Below, in pieces: positions 32,260 to 42,783 of a DNA stretch of 64,000 nucleotides. Within the stretch, counting starts at the first letter, position 1. Each line of letters starts with the position of its first letter. Below the pieces are notes generated by a model. That model ran no database searches. It was not told the origin of the DNA and saw nothing but the letters and a program-made list of their open reading frames with translations. This stretch comes from Alphaproteobacteria bacterium (GTDB lineage: Bacteria; Pseudomonadota; Alphaproteobacteria; RF32; CAG-239): NCBI GenBank assembly GCA_015062535.1, contig SUUK01000002.1:250493-314492 (forward strand), written 5' to 3'. The position numbers were made by a program, and so were the translations under genes.

Positions 32260-32493
32260 ATGAAAAGATCGCCATTTGTAAGTAGTTGTAAGTATGATTA
32301 TGAGCATAAATGTGATTGCTCTGAAGATGATAATTGCGGGTGTGATTATCCAAACAATATGGTGCACGGATATACAAAAGAATGTTTGGATGATAAATTT
32401 GATGAAAAAATAACGGATGAGAAACTTCATATTAAAATTAATGAAGTGAAAATTTTTAATAAAAAAGAAAAAAGTTTTAGAGCAAATTTGTGA
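32260..32493 (+). CDS. Small Cys-rich hypothetical protein
   Basis: Strong RBS GGAGGA; CKYDYEHKCDCSEDDNCGC. Confidence 0.65.
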   Translation: MKRSPFVSSCKYDYEHKCDCSEDDNCGCDYPNNMVHGYTKECLDDKFDEKITDEKLHIKINEVKIFNKKEKSFRANL

Positions 32494-32735
32494 TTTCTTG
32501 CTATCATGTTGAAAATGCTCAATTTAGGGTTGCTAATTTTAAATTAAAAAAATATTGACAAAAAATATTTTTTGTATATATTGAAGGTGTTAATATACAA
32601 TTATGGCTCTTATTTTCAATCAAATGCTCTTTTTCATAAAAGTTTTTTGTTTAGATGTTTTTTTATTAATTAATCAATGTATTGTCCTTTTGAGATGATA
32701 CAAATCAGAAGTTAAACCAGAAAAAGACAAAAGCT

Positions 32736-33029
32736 ATGAGAAAGAAAATCATGGAGTACATCGGTTGGGGTGTAACAACTATCGCAAGTGTTTATGTGGT
32801 TATTGTTTCAGTATATGCTTTATGCGTATCTGTTTCGGACCTTAAACGACTAGTTATGGTTGTCACAAGTATTGGAATTGCGATTTGTTTGGGTGCTACT
32901 TTAAAAAGGTACCTAGACAGCGAATGCGATACTCCACCCTCGCGGATTTGTATAGAAGTTTTGGCCTTGTTGCCGATATTTTCTATAGTCTACCTATGTG
33001 TGAGAGTAGGATTATACTACTTCGCATAA
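32736..33029 (+). CDS. Small membrane protein (3 predicted TM segments), no SD
   Basis: Three hydrophobic stretches; own TTGACA promoter; downstream hairpin TAGGCTGTT/AACAGCCTA. Confidence 0.65.
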   Translation: MRKKIMEYIGWGVTTIASVYVVIVSVYALCVSVSDLKRLVMVVTSIGIAICLGATLKRYLDSECDTPPSRICIEVLALLPIFSIVYLCVRVGLYYFA

Positions 33030-33157
33030 CCTATAAAATAGGCTGTTTACTTAGAACAGCCTAAAGTGCTTGCAAAATAAAAAATCTTTTGTTAGAAAAA
33101 ATTAAGAGGCGGTTGTAATGTGTGGGAGAAACCGCCTCTTAATCGTTTTAATTGAAA

Positions 33158-33844
33158 CTATTTCTTTTCATCAGGGTCTTTTAAGATATAACCTCTACCC
33201 CAAACAGTTTCAATATAGTTCTTTCCGCCAGATGCTTTTTCGAGTTTTTTGCGGAGTTTGCAAATAAACACGTCAATAATTTTTAGCTCTGGCTCGTCAA
33301 TACCGCCATATAGGTGATTTAAGAATTGTTCTTTGTTTAAGGTTGAACCTTTACGCAAAGAAAGTAATTCCATAATTCCGTATTCTTTACCTGTTAAGTG
33401 TAAATCTTTGCCAGCAACACTAACAGTTTGTGTGTCAAGATTTACTTCTACAAGACCAGTTTGAATAACTGAATTTGAGTGACCTTTTGAACGACGAACA
33501 ATTGCTTGAATACGAGCTAGAAGTTCGCTCTTGTCAAATGGTTTTGTTAAATAGTCATCTGCACCATAGCCTAAACCTTTAACTTTTTTATCTGGTTCAT
33601 AAAGACCGGATAAAATAAGAACAGGAGTTGCAACTTTGGCATTTCTTAAACTTTTTAGTACTTCGTAGCCATTCATACCTGGTAGGTTTAAATCTAAGAT
33701 AATGATGTCGTAATCATAAAGTTTACCACAATCAAGTCCATCTTCACCATCATCTGTTGTATCTACAACCATTCCTTCTTTTTTTAAGATGGTTTCAACG
33801 CTTTGTGATACGGCATAATCATCTTCAATTAAAAGAACTCTCAT
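33158..33844 (-). CDS. ctrA: Cell-cycle response regulator CtrA
   Basis: [69 protein letters not shown]. Confidence 0.96.
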   Translation of the reverse strand: MRVLLIEDDYAVSQSVETILKKEGMVVDTTDDGEDGLDCGKLYDYDIIILDLNLPGMNGYEVLKSLRNAKVATPVLILSGLYEPDKKVKGLGYGADDYLTKPFDKSELLARIQAIVRRSKGHSNSVIQTGLVEVNLDTQTVSVAGKDLHLTGKEYGIMELLSLRKGSTLNKEQFLNHLYGGIDEPELKIIDVFICKLRKKLEKASGGKNYIETVWGRGYILKDPDEKK

Positions 33845-34011
33845 CTTTCCTCTCCATTTTGTTTATTGTTAATTGTATAATAATGTATAAATTTTATTTG
33901 TGAATCATAGATATTGGGTTGTTAACAATTATTAATAAAAATAAAAAACTATTGTAAAAATAATATCTTAATTGTAATAAAAAAGTAGTTTATGTAAAAA
34001 GGGAGAAAAAA

Positions 34012-34575
34012 ATGATAAAGTTTATGGATTTAGATTTTAAAAAAAATGAATTAGAACCAGTGATTTCTGAAAATACAATTAACTTTCATTATGGTAAGCA
34101 CCATAAAGCTTATGTTGATAAAACAAATGAACTTATTAAAGGAACAGAACTTCAAGATATGAGCTTGGAAGATATTATTGAGGCAAGTTTTGGTAAGTTA
34201 GAGCTTATGGTATTATATAATAATGCAGGTCAAGTTTTTAACCATAATGTTTATTGGAATAGTGTTGGAATTGGTGAAAAATTTGATGAAAAAATGTATA
34301 AAGAAATTAATGATACATTTGGCAGTTTAGATGATTTTAGAAACAAGCTTGTTGATGAGGGGGTAAAGCTCTTTGGAAGTGGCTGGGTTTGGTGTGTTAG
34401 AAATGAAGACGGGAAGCTTGAAATTATGACAACCAAAAATGGTGATACTCCTTTGGTTTTAGGTAAAAAAGCTATTTTTAATATAGATGTATGGGAGCAT
34501 GCATATTATCTTGATTATCAAAATTTAAGAAAAAAATATTTAGAAGAATTTATCTTAAATGTCTTAAAAATATAA
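34012..34575 (+). CDS. sodB: Fe/Mn superoxide dismutase
   Basis: HYGKHHKAYV, NNAGQVFNH, FGSGW, DVWEHAYY; the AGQ motif favours the Fe type. Confidence 0.88.
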   Translation: MIKFMDLDFKKNELEPVISENTINFHYGKHHKAYVDKTNELIKGTELQDMSLEDIIEASFGKLELMVLYNNAGQVFNHNVYWNSVGIGEKFDEKMYKEINDTFGSLDDFRNKLVDEGVKLFGSGWVWCVRNEDGKLEIMTTKNGDTPLVLGKKAIFNIDVWEHAYYLDYQNLRKKYLEEFILNVLKI

Positions 34576-34644
34576 GTATTTTCTTGAAAATAAAATATTT
34601 TGATATATAAAGCAAAATATTTATGAACTATTTGGAGATTTCTA

Positions 34645-34878
34645 ATGAAAAAGTTTTTTTTGATTTTGTTGTTGGCACTTGTGTCTGCGTGTTCTAGTAA
34701 AGCAGTTTATCCATATGGGTTAACAGAAAAAGAATGGGAATCTCTTTCTATTCGTGATCAAACAAGATTAAGACGTGATTTTTATTTTTATGAAAAAGGT
34801 TCTACAAATTATGTAAATCCTAGATTAGAAGTAGAAGGAAAAGATAGTCAGCCTACACAAAATGTGTATGCTCAGTAG
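34645..34878 (+). CDS. Small lipoprotein
   Basis: Signal peptide with lipobox LVSAC; GGAG RBS. Confidence 0.75.
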   Translation: MKKFFLILLLALVSACSSKAVYPYGLTEKEWESLSIRDQTRLRRDFYFYEKGSTNYVNPRLEVEGKDSQPTQNVYAQ

Positions 34879-35025
34879 TAAAAAAAGGTATTTTTTTAAG
34901 AAACGCACTTTAGGAGTGCGTTTTTTTATGATATTTAGTAGATATTTGTGTGGATATTATACATTTGTTAAGAAAGATTGTTTTAGAATCGCTTGAAAGC
35001 AATTGTTTTTGAATGTGTAAAGACT

Positions 35026-38000
35026 ATGAATGTTAAAGTTTTAAAGTGCCTTTTAGCTATCTTTTGTGGGGTTTTAGTGCCCATAAGGGATGGTTTTGCT
35101 GTAACTGGAAGGCTACGTCCTCAAGACTTTAATAAAATGTATCACTTGGCTGCTTTAGGTAAAGTAGGTATTTTAAGAAATGCTGTAAATAGAGGACTTA
35201 ATATTGATAGTGTTAACCCAAATGGTGATACAGGGCTTTGTATTGCAGTAAAACGCAAAAATTATGTGGCTTATAATAGCTTTAGGATGAGTGGAGCAAA
35301 CCCAAGACACCAATGTACATATAGAATATATAAAGAGTATCAAGAATTTTTAGATTCTACTAAAACTGCTAGAGAAGAGAAGATTTTAGGTAATAAAGAA
35401 TCTTTGTATTATAATGAAGAAGAAAGAAATTGGTGGCCTTGGATTCTTGGTGGTGTAGCATTAGGGGGTGGAGCTCTTGCCTTGAGTGGTGGAGGCGGTG
35501 GTGGTAGCCATGCTCCTGTTGTTGAAGAAATTACTCCTATTGAGACTGGTACAGGTTTAGGTGGGTATGTTGTTAATTATAAGGAATTGATTTCTGGTCA
35601 AAATGGCGGAAACTTATTAGACATTACTTTTGAAAATGATGGTTTAACAAATCCTGATAAAATAAGATTATTACCTAATACTTTGGATATGGCTGATTAT
35701 TTGAAAGCTTATGTAAAAATTGAAGATGGCGGTAATTTTGATAACTGGGGAACTTTATCTTTAGGTAATGGGACAATTGGTATGTCTGCTTATGATAATG
35801 GTTCTAGAGCAGAAAACAATGGTACTATTGACATTAAGGCAGAAAATGGCGCTATTGGTATGGTTGCAAGTAATGGGGCAACAGCTTATAATAGTCCGGA
35901 TTTAGGTGAAAAAGATTCTGGCCATGGTAATATAAATATGTCATTTAAGGGTGATAAAGAAGGTGATTCCCTTATAGGTATGTATGCAGATACTAATTCT
36001 AAAATTGTAAATTATGGTAAGATTACAGGTACAACGTCTGAAGTTGTTGACGATAAAAAGAATAATGGTGGGAATGTTACGGGAATTTTGATTGGAGATA
36101 AAACTACATTTGCAGCAACAACAGATGATATAATTATAGATGAAGGCACAGGTGATGAAGTAGCAGAAGAAGATGAAGAAGAAAAAACGGTATCGCCTAA
36201 CTCTGGTAGTATGGTTGGTATGGGAGTATTTAACTTTTATAGCGGAACAGATTTAAGTAAAAATATTGTTAGTGCAGAAAACTGGGGAAGTATAAATCTT
36301 TCTGCTGGTTATAATGCAGCAACAGATGTTGGTGTTAATCTTGTTGGTATGGGTAGCTATATTGATGATAAGTTTTTGCATGAAAACTATAATCCTAGTT
36401 TTGCAGAGCAAATGAAACTTTATAATAATGGAAATATAAGTTTAAAATATCAAGGGTCTTATAAAATATCTGAAGGAGCATTGAAACTTGGTGATGGTGG
36501 TTTGATTGGTATTAGGGCAGATGCATCAACAGAAGCTACAAATACAGGAAATATTAGTATTGATTTAACATCAACAACTTTAGAAGAAGGTATTGATGTG
36601 GCATCTGGTATGCTTGCGGTTCATGGTGCAGAGCTTATTAATGGAAATAAAAATAGTATTTATGATGGCTCAACAGATGTACCAAGTGGTTCTATTATAG
36701 TTTATAATGATGCAAAAAGTGGCGGTATATCTTATGGTATGCTCGCAGCAAAAGGTGATGGTTCTCAAACAAGGGTTTATAATTGGAAAGATCCAAAATT
36801 GGCAAACTATGGTTTGATTGATATGCAAGTTAGCAACTCTTATGCTATGGCTTCTTTTGATGGTGGTGAAGTAACAAACTATGGTGTTATTAATCTTGGT
36901 GTTGAAAATGGTCATTCTTATTATTCAAATAACTATGGAATGTATTCTGAAGGTAAAGATAAGGCAGATGCTGCAAAGTTAGTTAATAAAGGTATTATTA
37001 ATGTAAATTCAGAGTTATCTGTTGCAATGCAACAAATGTTCTCTGGTTCTGTTGATATGGTAAATGATGGTGAGATTTATCTATCAAGTAAAGCAACAAA
37101 TTCTATGGCAATGGGAGGAAGTTTTTCTACAGCAACAAATAATAATAAGATATATTATGAAGTAGATAATAGTAAAAGTTTTATATATCCAACAGATAAA
37201 TCTGATAAGCCTGATTGGAATGTTCAAAAAGATCCAGTTGCAGCATCAGTAAAGATTTCAACAGAAAATGGTGTTACAAAGCAGTTCTTTATTAATGATG
37301 GCGAAATGACTGTTGGTAAAAAGGTTATTGATGAAAATGACTATAATGGTACTTTTGGTACAGCAGCTGTACATGTTTCACAACAAGGTGGCGCAATAAA
37401 TAATGGCAAGATTTTGATTAAAAAAGCTGATCTTACATATAGACAATTAAATGTCGGTATGTATTTGGATAGTAATTCAGAAAGAACAGCATATGTTAGA
37501 AATAAGGGAGATATTATTGTTGATGCATTCCATTCTATGGGTATGTTAAATAAATCTTCTAAATCTGCAACAGCATTTAATCTTGGAAATATTTCTGTAG
37601 CATCACAGCGCTCACATGGAATGGCTGGAACAGCAGGTTCTTATTTGTCAAATGGTAGCAGTGATGATAAGAGTGCAAATATTAATGTAAACGGATTAGA
37701 TTCGGTTGGTATGTATCTTAAAGATGCTGAAGGATTTAATTGGGGAAATATTTATTTAAGTAAAGAAAAAACAACAGCAGTTTTATTAGATGGATCTGAG
37801 GCTGTATATAATGAATTTGGAAATATTTACCATGATACAGATGATGAACTTAAGGAAATGGTTTATTATGGATTTACCAATGACGCTGAAGCAAGATTTG
37901 ATTATGAAGGTGTAACAGAGATAGATGGCTATATTTTAGGAAAAGCTTTTACTGATGATGCTGGTGGACATGTTTATTGGGGAGAAGATAGCGTTGCTAA

Positions 38001-40599
38001 TGTTACTAAAGAATATGGTAGATTGTTTTTAGTGGAAGGTAAAGGTAGTGAAGGCTATGTATTAGGTGAAGCTAATGTTTCTAATAAAGCAACAGGAATA
38101 GAAATTAAGAAAGGTGCTAATGGTGGCATAGAAACGTTAGGTGTAATTAATGTAAAAGATGAAACAGCTACAGGAATTGATGTTGTTGATAATGGTAGTA
38201 CTGCAAACGTAAATTCTGGTGGTTATCTTGATGTTAAGGATGGTATTGGAATTCAAGCAGATAGTCTAGCTATAGTAAATAATAATGGTGAAATATCTGT
38301 TGATTCTGGGGTTGGTATTATTAATGGAACTAAGGTAACAACAACTAATAATGGAGTAATAAATGTTAATAATGGTAGAGGAGCTATTTTGAATGGTGGA
38401 CAATTTACAAATAGCTCTACAGGAAACATAAGTATAAGCTCAGATACAGAATGGGATATTAATGGACATGGATTTAGTAATATAGATATGTTTAGTATAG
38501 GTGGAATTATTAATTCAGGTTACTTTACTAATAAGGGTAAAATAGTGGCTAATGATACGCAAAAGGCAAATATTGGTTTATATGTGAAGGGTAGTGGTAG
38601 TGTAGTTGAAAATAATGGTGATGTAAAGGGGGCTGCAATAGGGATTTATGCGGATGAAGGGTCTGAAGTAATTAATGATAAAAATATCAAATATAATAAG
38701 GTAGGTGTATATAATAAGAATGCAACTGTTGTAGGTGGTGGTACAGTCGAGGGTAATACGTATGGGTATTATTTGGATGGTGGTACATCTGATTTGACAA
38801 TAAATGGTGATGTTGAAGGTAATACTTATGGAGTATATGCAAAAGGAGGTAATATTACTTTAACGGGAACACTTTCAACAGGATCTACTGGAGCATATTT
38901 AGAGAATTCATCAACAATGACTAATGAATCTGGTAGTGTAATTGTTAGTGGGGGGGTAGGTGTAGATGTTGGAAGTGGAGGTGCTTTTTCTAATTATAGT
39001 GGAATTACTGTAAATAGTGGTACAGGTATAAATGTAAGAAAAGGTGGTTCTGCAGTTAATGGCTCGACAGGGGTAATTGATGTTGTAGGTGAAAGTGCTA
39101 TAGGAGTTAATGTTGAAAGCGGTGGTAGCTTTACTAATGGTGGTAAAATTAATTTTGATAGCAATAAAAATAGTTGTGTTATAGGTGGAAGTGATGCTGG
39201 GTGTGAAGATTCTGCTAAAGGTCTATCAAGTACAGTCGGTCAAAAAATAATTTCTTTAGAAGAAGGGGCTAGTTTTATAAATAAAGGTATAGTTGATTTT
39301 GATGAGGAAGAAATTGATTTTAATGAAATTGTGAATGCTGAAGATGCAAACATAGTGATTGCCAAAGGTGGTAGTTATCAAGCAGAGAGCTTTAAGGGTG
39401 ATGTTGTTGCAAGTAAAGATATTGTAGAAGGTGGTTTTGATGATACCTATACAAATAAAGACTCTTTTGTAGGTGAGAATAAGGGAATTAATGTAAAATC
39501 ACAATCTTATATGTTTGATGCAAAACTAAATAATGATGGGGATGTTGAGTTAAATCGTAAAAGCTTTGAGGAATTAGTTGAAGAAAAAGATTTAAGTGAA
39601 TTTTTTGAGATGAACTATAATTTAGCTCATAATGAAAAAATGTATAATAGCTTGAAATCAGCAGAAAACAAAGAAGAATTTGATGAGATTAAAGAAAGTG
39701 AATCAGGAAAGAAATTTTATGCAAACCTTCCTCGTGAGAATATGGCTGTTTTAAGAGGTTTGAGTTCTAATGAGCAAAAGAGAATTTTAGAAGATGGGAT
39801 TAAAGACGTTAGCATTGGAGCTAATTACTTTAGAACTGGAAAAGATGGTTTAGGTAATTTAAGTAGTTATGAAGATGATGTTTATAGTGCATATATTGGC
39901 TATGGTCATAAATTAAATAAAAATTGGAGTATGGGTGCAACTGTTATGGGGGCATACCAAGATAGTGCTTATGATGATATTGATTCAACAAAAGAAAATA
40001 AAATCTTGATGGCGTTTATGCCAATATTATATCAAAATAGTAGATTTAAATATCTTGCTATGCCAAATGTTGGTGTTGGCTTTGGAGAATATACTCGTCA
40101 TGCAAACTCTGGCAATTATGATGCAGATACATTTGATATCTATTATGGATTATCTAACACTATGGAATATAGTGTAGATATGAAAGTTGCAGAGCTTGTT
40201 GCAGAAGCAGAACTTAATTTGCAAGGTATACACTCAGATGATGCAAAAGAAAAGGGAGGTTTGGTATTAAAAGCAAATGATAGTGTGTCTTTAGAAGCTG
40301 GTGTTGGTTTGAAGGTTCGTAAAAACATTAGGCTTGCAAAAGAACGCTCTTTAATGCTTGCGGTTGGTGCTAAATATTATCATGAATTTTTAGACCCATA
40401 TAAGAAGCTTGATGTAACAATGAAGGGTAGTCCAGTTAGTTTTGATGCAGGCTATTATGAAGAAAATAAAAATCGCATTAAAACAACAGCAGAAGCCGTA
40501 TATAAAGATGGTGATTTAAGTGTTAGCGCAGAAATTTCTCATAACAACGAAAATAAGAGCAACGTTGAAGGTGGTGTTGGAGTGAGATATAATTTCTAA
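35026..40599 (+). CDS. Large autotransporter/adhesin with N-terminal ankyrin-like domain
   Basis: Signal peptide; ankyrin-like GLNIDSVNPNGDTGLCIAV; hydrophobic segment plus poly-Gly; many N-x-G-x-I passenger repeats; barrel-like C-terminus GVGVRYNF. Confidence 0.82.
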   Translation: MNVKVLKCLLAIFCGVLVPIRDGFAVTGRLRPQDFNKMYHLAALGKVGILRNAVNRGLNIDSVNPNGDTGLCIAVKRKNYVAYNSFRMSGANPRHQCTYRIYKEYQEFLDSTKTAREEKILGNKESLYYNEEERNWWPWILGGVALGGGALALSGGGGGGSHAPVVEEITPIETGTGLGGYVVNYKELISGQNGGNLLDITFENDGLTNPDKIRLLPNTLDMADYLKAYVKIEDGGNFDNWGTLSLGNGTIGMSAYDNGSRAENNGTIDIKAENGAIGMVASNGATAYNSPDLGEKDSGHGNINMSFKGDKEGDSLIGMYADTNSKIVNYGKITGTTSEVVDDKKNNGGNVTGILIGDKTTFAATTDDIIIDEGTGDEVAEEDEEEKTVSPNSGSMVGMGVFNFYSGTDLSKNIVSAENWGSINLSAGYNAATDVGVNLVGMGSYIDDKFLHENYNPSFAEQMKLYNNGNISLKYQGSYKISEGALKLGDGGLIGIRADASTEATNTGNISIDLTSTTLEEGIDVASGMLAVHGAELINGNKNSIYDGSTDVPSGSIIVYNDAKSGGISYGMLAAKGDGSQTRVYNWKDPKLANYGLIDMQVSNSYAMASFDGGEVTNYGVINLGVENGHSYYSNNYGMYSEGKDKADAAKLVNKGIINVNSELSVAMQQMFSGSVDMVNDGEIYLSSKATNSMAMGGSFSTATNNNKIYYEVDNSKSFIYPTDKSDKPDWNVQKDPVAASVKISTENGVTKQFFINDGEMTVGKKVIDENDYNGTFGTAAVHVSQQGGAINNGKILIKKADLTYRQLNVGMYLDSNSERTAYVRNKGDIIVDAFHSMGMLNKSSKSATAFNLGNISVASQRSHGMAGTAGSYLSNGSSDDKSANINVNGLDSVGMYLKDAEGFNWGNIYLSKEKTTAVLLDGSEAVYNEFGNIYHDTDDELKEMVYYGFTNDAEARFDYEGVTEIDGYILGKAFTDDAGGHVYWGEDSVANVTKEYGRLFLVEGKGSEGYVLGEANVSNKATGIEIKKGANGGIETLGVINVKDETATGIDVVDNGSTANVNSGGYLDVKDGIGIQADSLAIVNNNGEISVDSGVGIINGTKVTTTNNGVINVNNGRGAILNGGQFTNSSTGNISISSDTEWDINGHGFSNIDMFSIGGIINSGYFTNKGKIVANDTQKANIGLYVKGSGSVVENNGDVKGAAIGIYADEGSEVINDKNIKYNKVGVYNKNATVVGGGTVEGNTYGYYLDGGTSDLTINGDVEGNTYGVYAKGGNITLTGTLSTGSTGAYLENSSTMTNESGSVIVSGGVGVDVGSGGAFSNYSGITVNSGTGINVRKGGSAVNGSTGVIDVVGESAIGVNVESGGSFTNGGKINFDSNKNSCVIGGSDAGCEDSAKGLSSTVGQKIISLEEGASFINKGIVDFDEEEIDFNEIVNAEDANIVIAKGGSYQAESFKGDVVASKDIVEGGFDDTYTNKDSFVGENKGINVKSQSYMFDAKLNNDGDVELNRKSFEELVEEKDLSEFFEMNYNLAHNEKMYNSLKSAENKEEFDEIKESESGKKFYANLPRENMAVLRGLSSNEQKRILEDGIKDVSIGANYFRTGKDGLGNLSSYEDDVYSAYIGYGHKLNKNWSMGATVMGAYQDSAYDDIDSTKENKILMAFMPILYQNSRFKYLAMPNVGVGFGEYTRHANSGNYDADTFDIYYGLSNTMEYSVDMKVAELVAEAELNLQGIHSDDAKEKGGLVLKANDSVSLEAGVGLKVRKNIRLAKERSLMLAVGAKYYHEFLDPYKKLDVTMKGSPVSFDAGYYEENKNRIKTTAEAVYKDGDLSVSAEISHNNENKSNVEGGVGVRYNF

Positions 40600-40615
40600 T
40601 CAGAATTAAAAAAAG

Positions 40616-40642
40616 AAAGCCGAAGCATTAAACTTCGGCTTT
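40616..40642. terminator. Bidirectional terminator
   Basis: AAAGCCGAAG/CTTCGGCTTT with flanking A and T runs. Confidence 0.75.
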
Positions 40643-40646
40643 TATG

Positions 40647-40928
40647 TTATTTAGTTGCTTTGTTTTGTTCTGCAAATTTTTGTTTTTGCTCGTTGGTTAA
40701 TAGATTCCAAAATTGTTCAAAATACTTTTTTTCTATTTCTAGGATACGTGCTTTTCCTGCTTGTATTTCTTCCCAAATTGGTTCTATTTCTGCTTTGAGA
40801 TTTGCTTTTAATTCAGTTAACTTTTGGTTTTGCTCAGATGATAAACCTAAAGTTTTTGCCTCTATATTTTGAGCATTGGCATTAAAACTTAATGTTAATG
40901 CTAGCATAAAACAAATTATCTTTTTCAC
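40647..40928 (-). CDS. Small periplasmic protein, Spy/CpxP-like
   Basis: Signal peptide ending ANA; LGLSSEQ and LLTNEQK (LTxxQ) motifs. Confidence 0.65.
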   Translation of the reverse strand: MKKIICFMLALTLSFNANAQNIEAKTLGLSSEQNQKLTELKANLKAEIEPIWEEIQAGKARILEIEKKYFEQFWNLLTNEQKQKFAEQNKATK

Positions 40929-41088
40929 CTTTATCTCCTAATTGTTACTTTATCATTTTAGTATAGTCTACGATAAGATTGCTAAAGGTGCAAATTTATT
41001 GTGAGTGTTATGAACACTATGCTAATTTTGCTTGAAAATAGGGGAGAATTGAAATATAGAGAAACTATATTAATTTAGGAGATAAAAT

Positions 41089-42390
41089 ATGAGAGTAACG
41101 GTTATTGGTACAGGTTATGTGGGCTTGCCTACAGGTGTTGGCTTGGCCGAACTTGGTAATGATGTTATTTGTTTAGATGTTGATGAAAAGAAAATCAATT
41201 CCTTAAAAGAAGGAAAGCTTACTATTTTTGAAGAAGGGCTTGATAGTTTGTTTGAAAAACACTCTAAAAGTGGTAAAATTAAATTTTCTACTTCTTTTAG
41301 TGAAAGTATTCCTGAGGCAGATTTAGTTATTTTGGCGGTTGGAACTCCTCCTCACCCAATAACTAAAGAAGCAGATATGCGCTATATTAAACAAGCATCA
41401 GAAGAACTTGCTAAATATTTGAGCGGATATACTGTTGTTGCAATAAAATCTACTGTTCCTGTTAATACAGGTGATATGGTTGAAAATCTTATTAGAAAAA
41501 CAAATCCAAGTGCTGAGTTTGATGTTATCTCGTTGCCAGAGTTCTTAAGAGAAGGTTTTGCAGTGCAAGATTTCTTTAATCCAGATAGAATTGTTGTTGG
41601 GGCAAATAGCGAAAGAGCAAAAGCTTTGATTGCAGATTTGTATTTACCTTTTAAGGATAGATGTCCAATTTTGTATGTTAAACGCCAAAGCTCAGAAACT
41701 ATCAAATATGCTTCTAATGCATTTTTAGCAATGAAAATCCAATATATTAATGAAATGGCAGATTTTTGTGAAACATCAGGAGCTGATGTGTACGAAGTTG
41801 CTCGTGGTATGGGTATGGATTCTAGAATTGGGGCAAAATTTTTAGTTCCAGGTCCTGGTTATGGTGGTTTTTGCTTCCCTAAAGATACTAATGCTATGGC
41901 ATATATGGGTAAATTTAATGGAGTTGATTTGTCTTTGATTGAAGCGACAATCAAAGGTAATGAAAAACGCAAAATCAATATGGCAAAACGTATTCTTGAT
42001 ATGGTTGAAGATGTTAAAAACCCAACAGTTGCAGTGCTTGGTAGTGCCTTTAAAGGGGGAACAGATGACTGCAGAGAAAGTCCTGCTCTTCAAATTATAG
42101 AAATTATGCTTGCGCATGATGTTAATATTAAGCTTTATGACCCTGAGGCTATGGGAAATACAAAAGCAATCTTGGGTGATATGGTTACATATTGTAATTC
42201 TTCTTATGAGGCAATTGGTGGTGCAGATGTTTTAGCTGTTTTAACAGATTGGGAAGAATTTAAATCTCTTGAATTAGAAAAAATTAAGCAATTAATGAAA
42301 CGTCCTCAAATTGCGGATTATCGCAATGTTTTTGACTTTAATAAAGCAAAAGAATTGGGATTTGATATAAGGTCTCTTGGTCGCATCTAA
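41089..42390 (+). CDS. ugd: UDP-glucose 6-dehydrogenase
   Basis: GTGYVG, KSTVP, PEFLREG, GYGGFCFPKD, TDDCRESP. Confidence 0.93.
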   Translation: MRVTVIGTGYVGLPTGVGLAELGNDVICLDVDEKKINSLKEGKLTIFEEGLDSLFEKHSKSGKIKFSTSFSESIPEADLVILAVGTPPHPITKEADMRYIKQASEELAKYLSGYTVVAIKSTVPVNTGDMVENLIRKTNPSAEFDVISLPEFLREGFAVQDFFNPDRIVVGANSERAKALIADLYLPFKDRCPILYVKRQSSETIKYASNAFLAMKIQYINEMADFCETSGADVYEVARGMGMDSRIGAKFLVPGPGYGGFCFPKDTNAMAYMGKFNGVDLSLIEATIKGNEKRKINMAKRILDMVEDVKNPTVAVLGSAFKGGTDDCRESPALQIIEIMLAHDVNIKLYDPEAMGNTKAILGDMVTYCNSSYEAIGGADVLAVLTDWEEFKSLELEKIKQLMKRPQIADYRNVFDFNKAKELGFDIRSLGRI

Positions 42391-42392
42391 AT

Positions 42393-42692
42393 TTAAAGGG
42401 GAAAATTTGAGTGTCTAGAGCGACCTTTGCGGGTCGCTCAAAATTCATTTACTTCTTTGTAAACTAAAATTTTGAGTGTCCTTAAGCTCATCTCTATCCA
42501 TCTCAAATTTTCCGCCTTTAAGTGTCTAGGGTGACCTTTGTTGGGTGTTCAAGATTCATTTACTTCTTTGTAAACTAAAATTTTGAGCACTTTAAAGCTC
42601 ATCTTTATCCATCTCAAATTTTCCGCCTTTAAGTGTCTAGAGTGACCTTTATGGGTGCTAAATTCATTTATTTCTTTGTAAACTAAAATTTT
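42393..42692. repeat. Inverted-repeat-bounded element expanded as a 111-bp tandem repeat (about 2.6 copies)
   Basis: AGTGTCTAG at 42410, 42521 and 42632; left end TTAAAGGGGAAAATTTGAG is complementary to CTCAAATTTTCCGCCTTTAA (42502-42521, again at 42613-42632). Confidence 0.9.
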
Positions 42693-42783
42693 AAGACATT
42701 TGACAAAAAATGTTGACATAAATCTAAAAATGTGGTATTTTGCGTGCTAGTTATTTGTTTATATGTTTTTTGAGGAGAAGAAA

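Noticed and set aside
42393-42692. CRISPR-like array after ugd
   Set aside because: Units are conserved along their whole length apart from scattered substitutions; no spacers.
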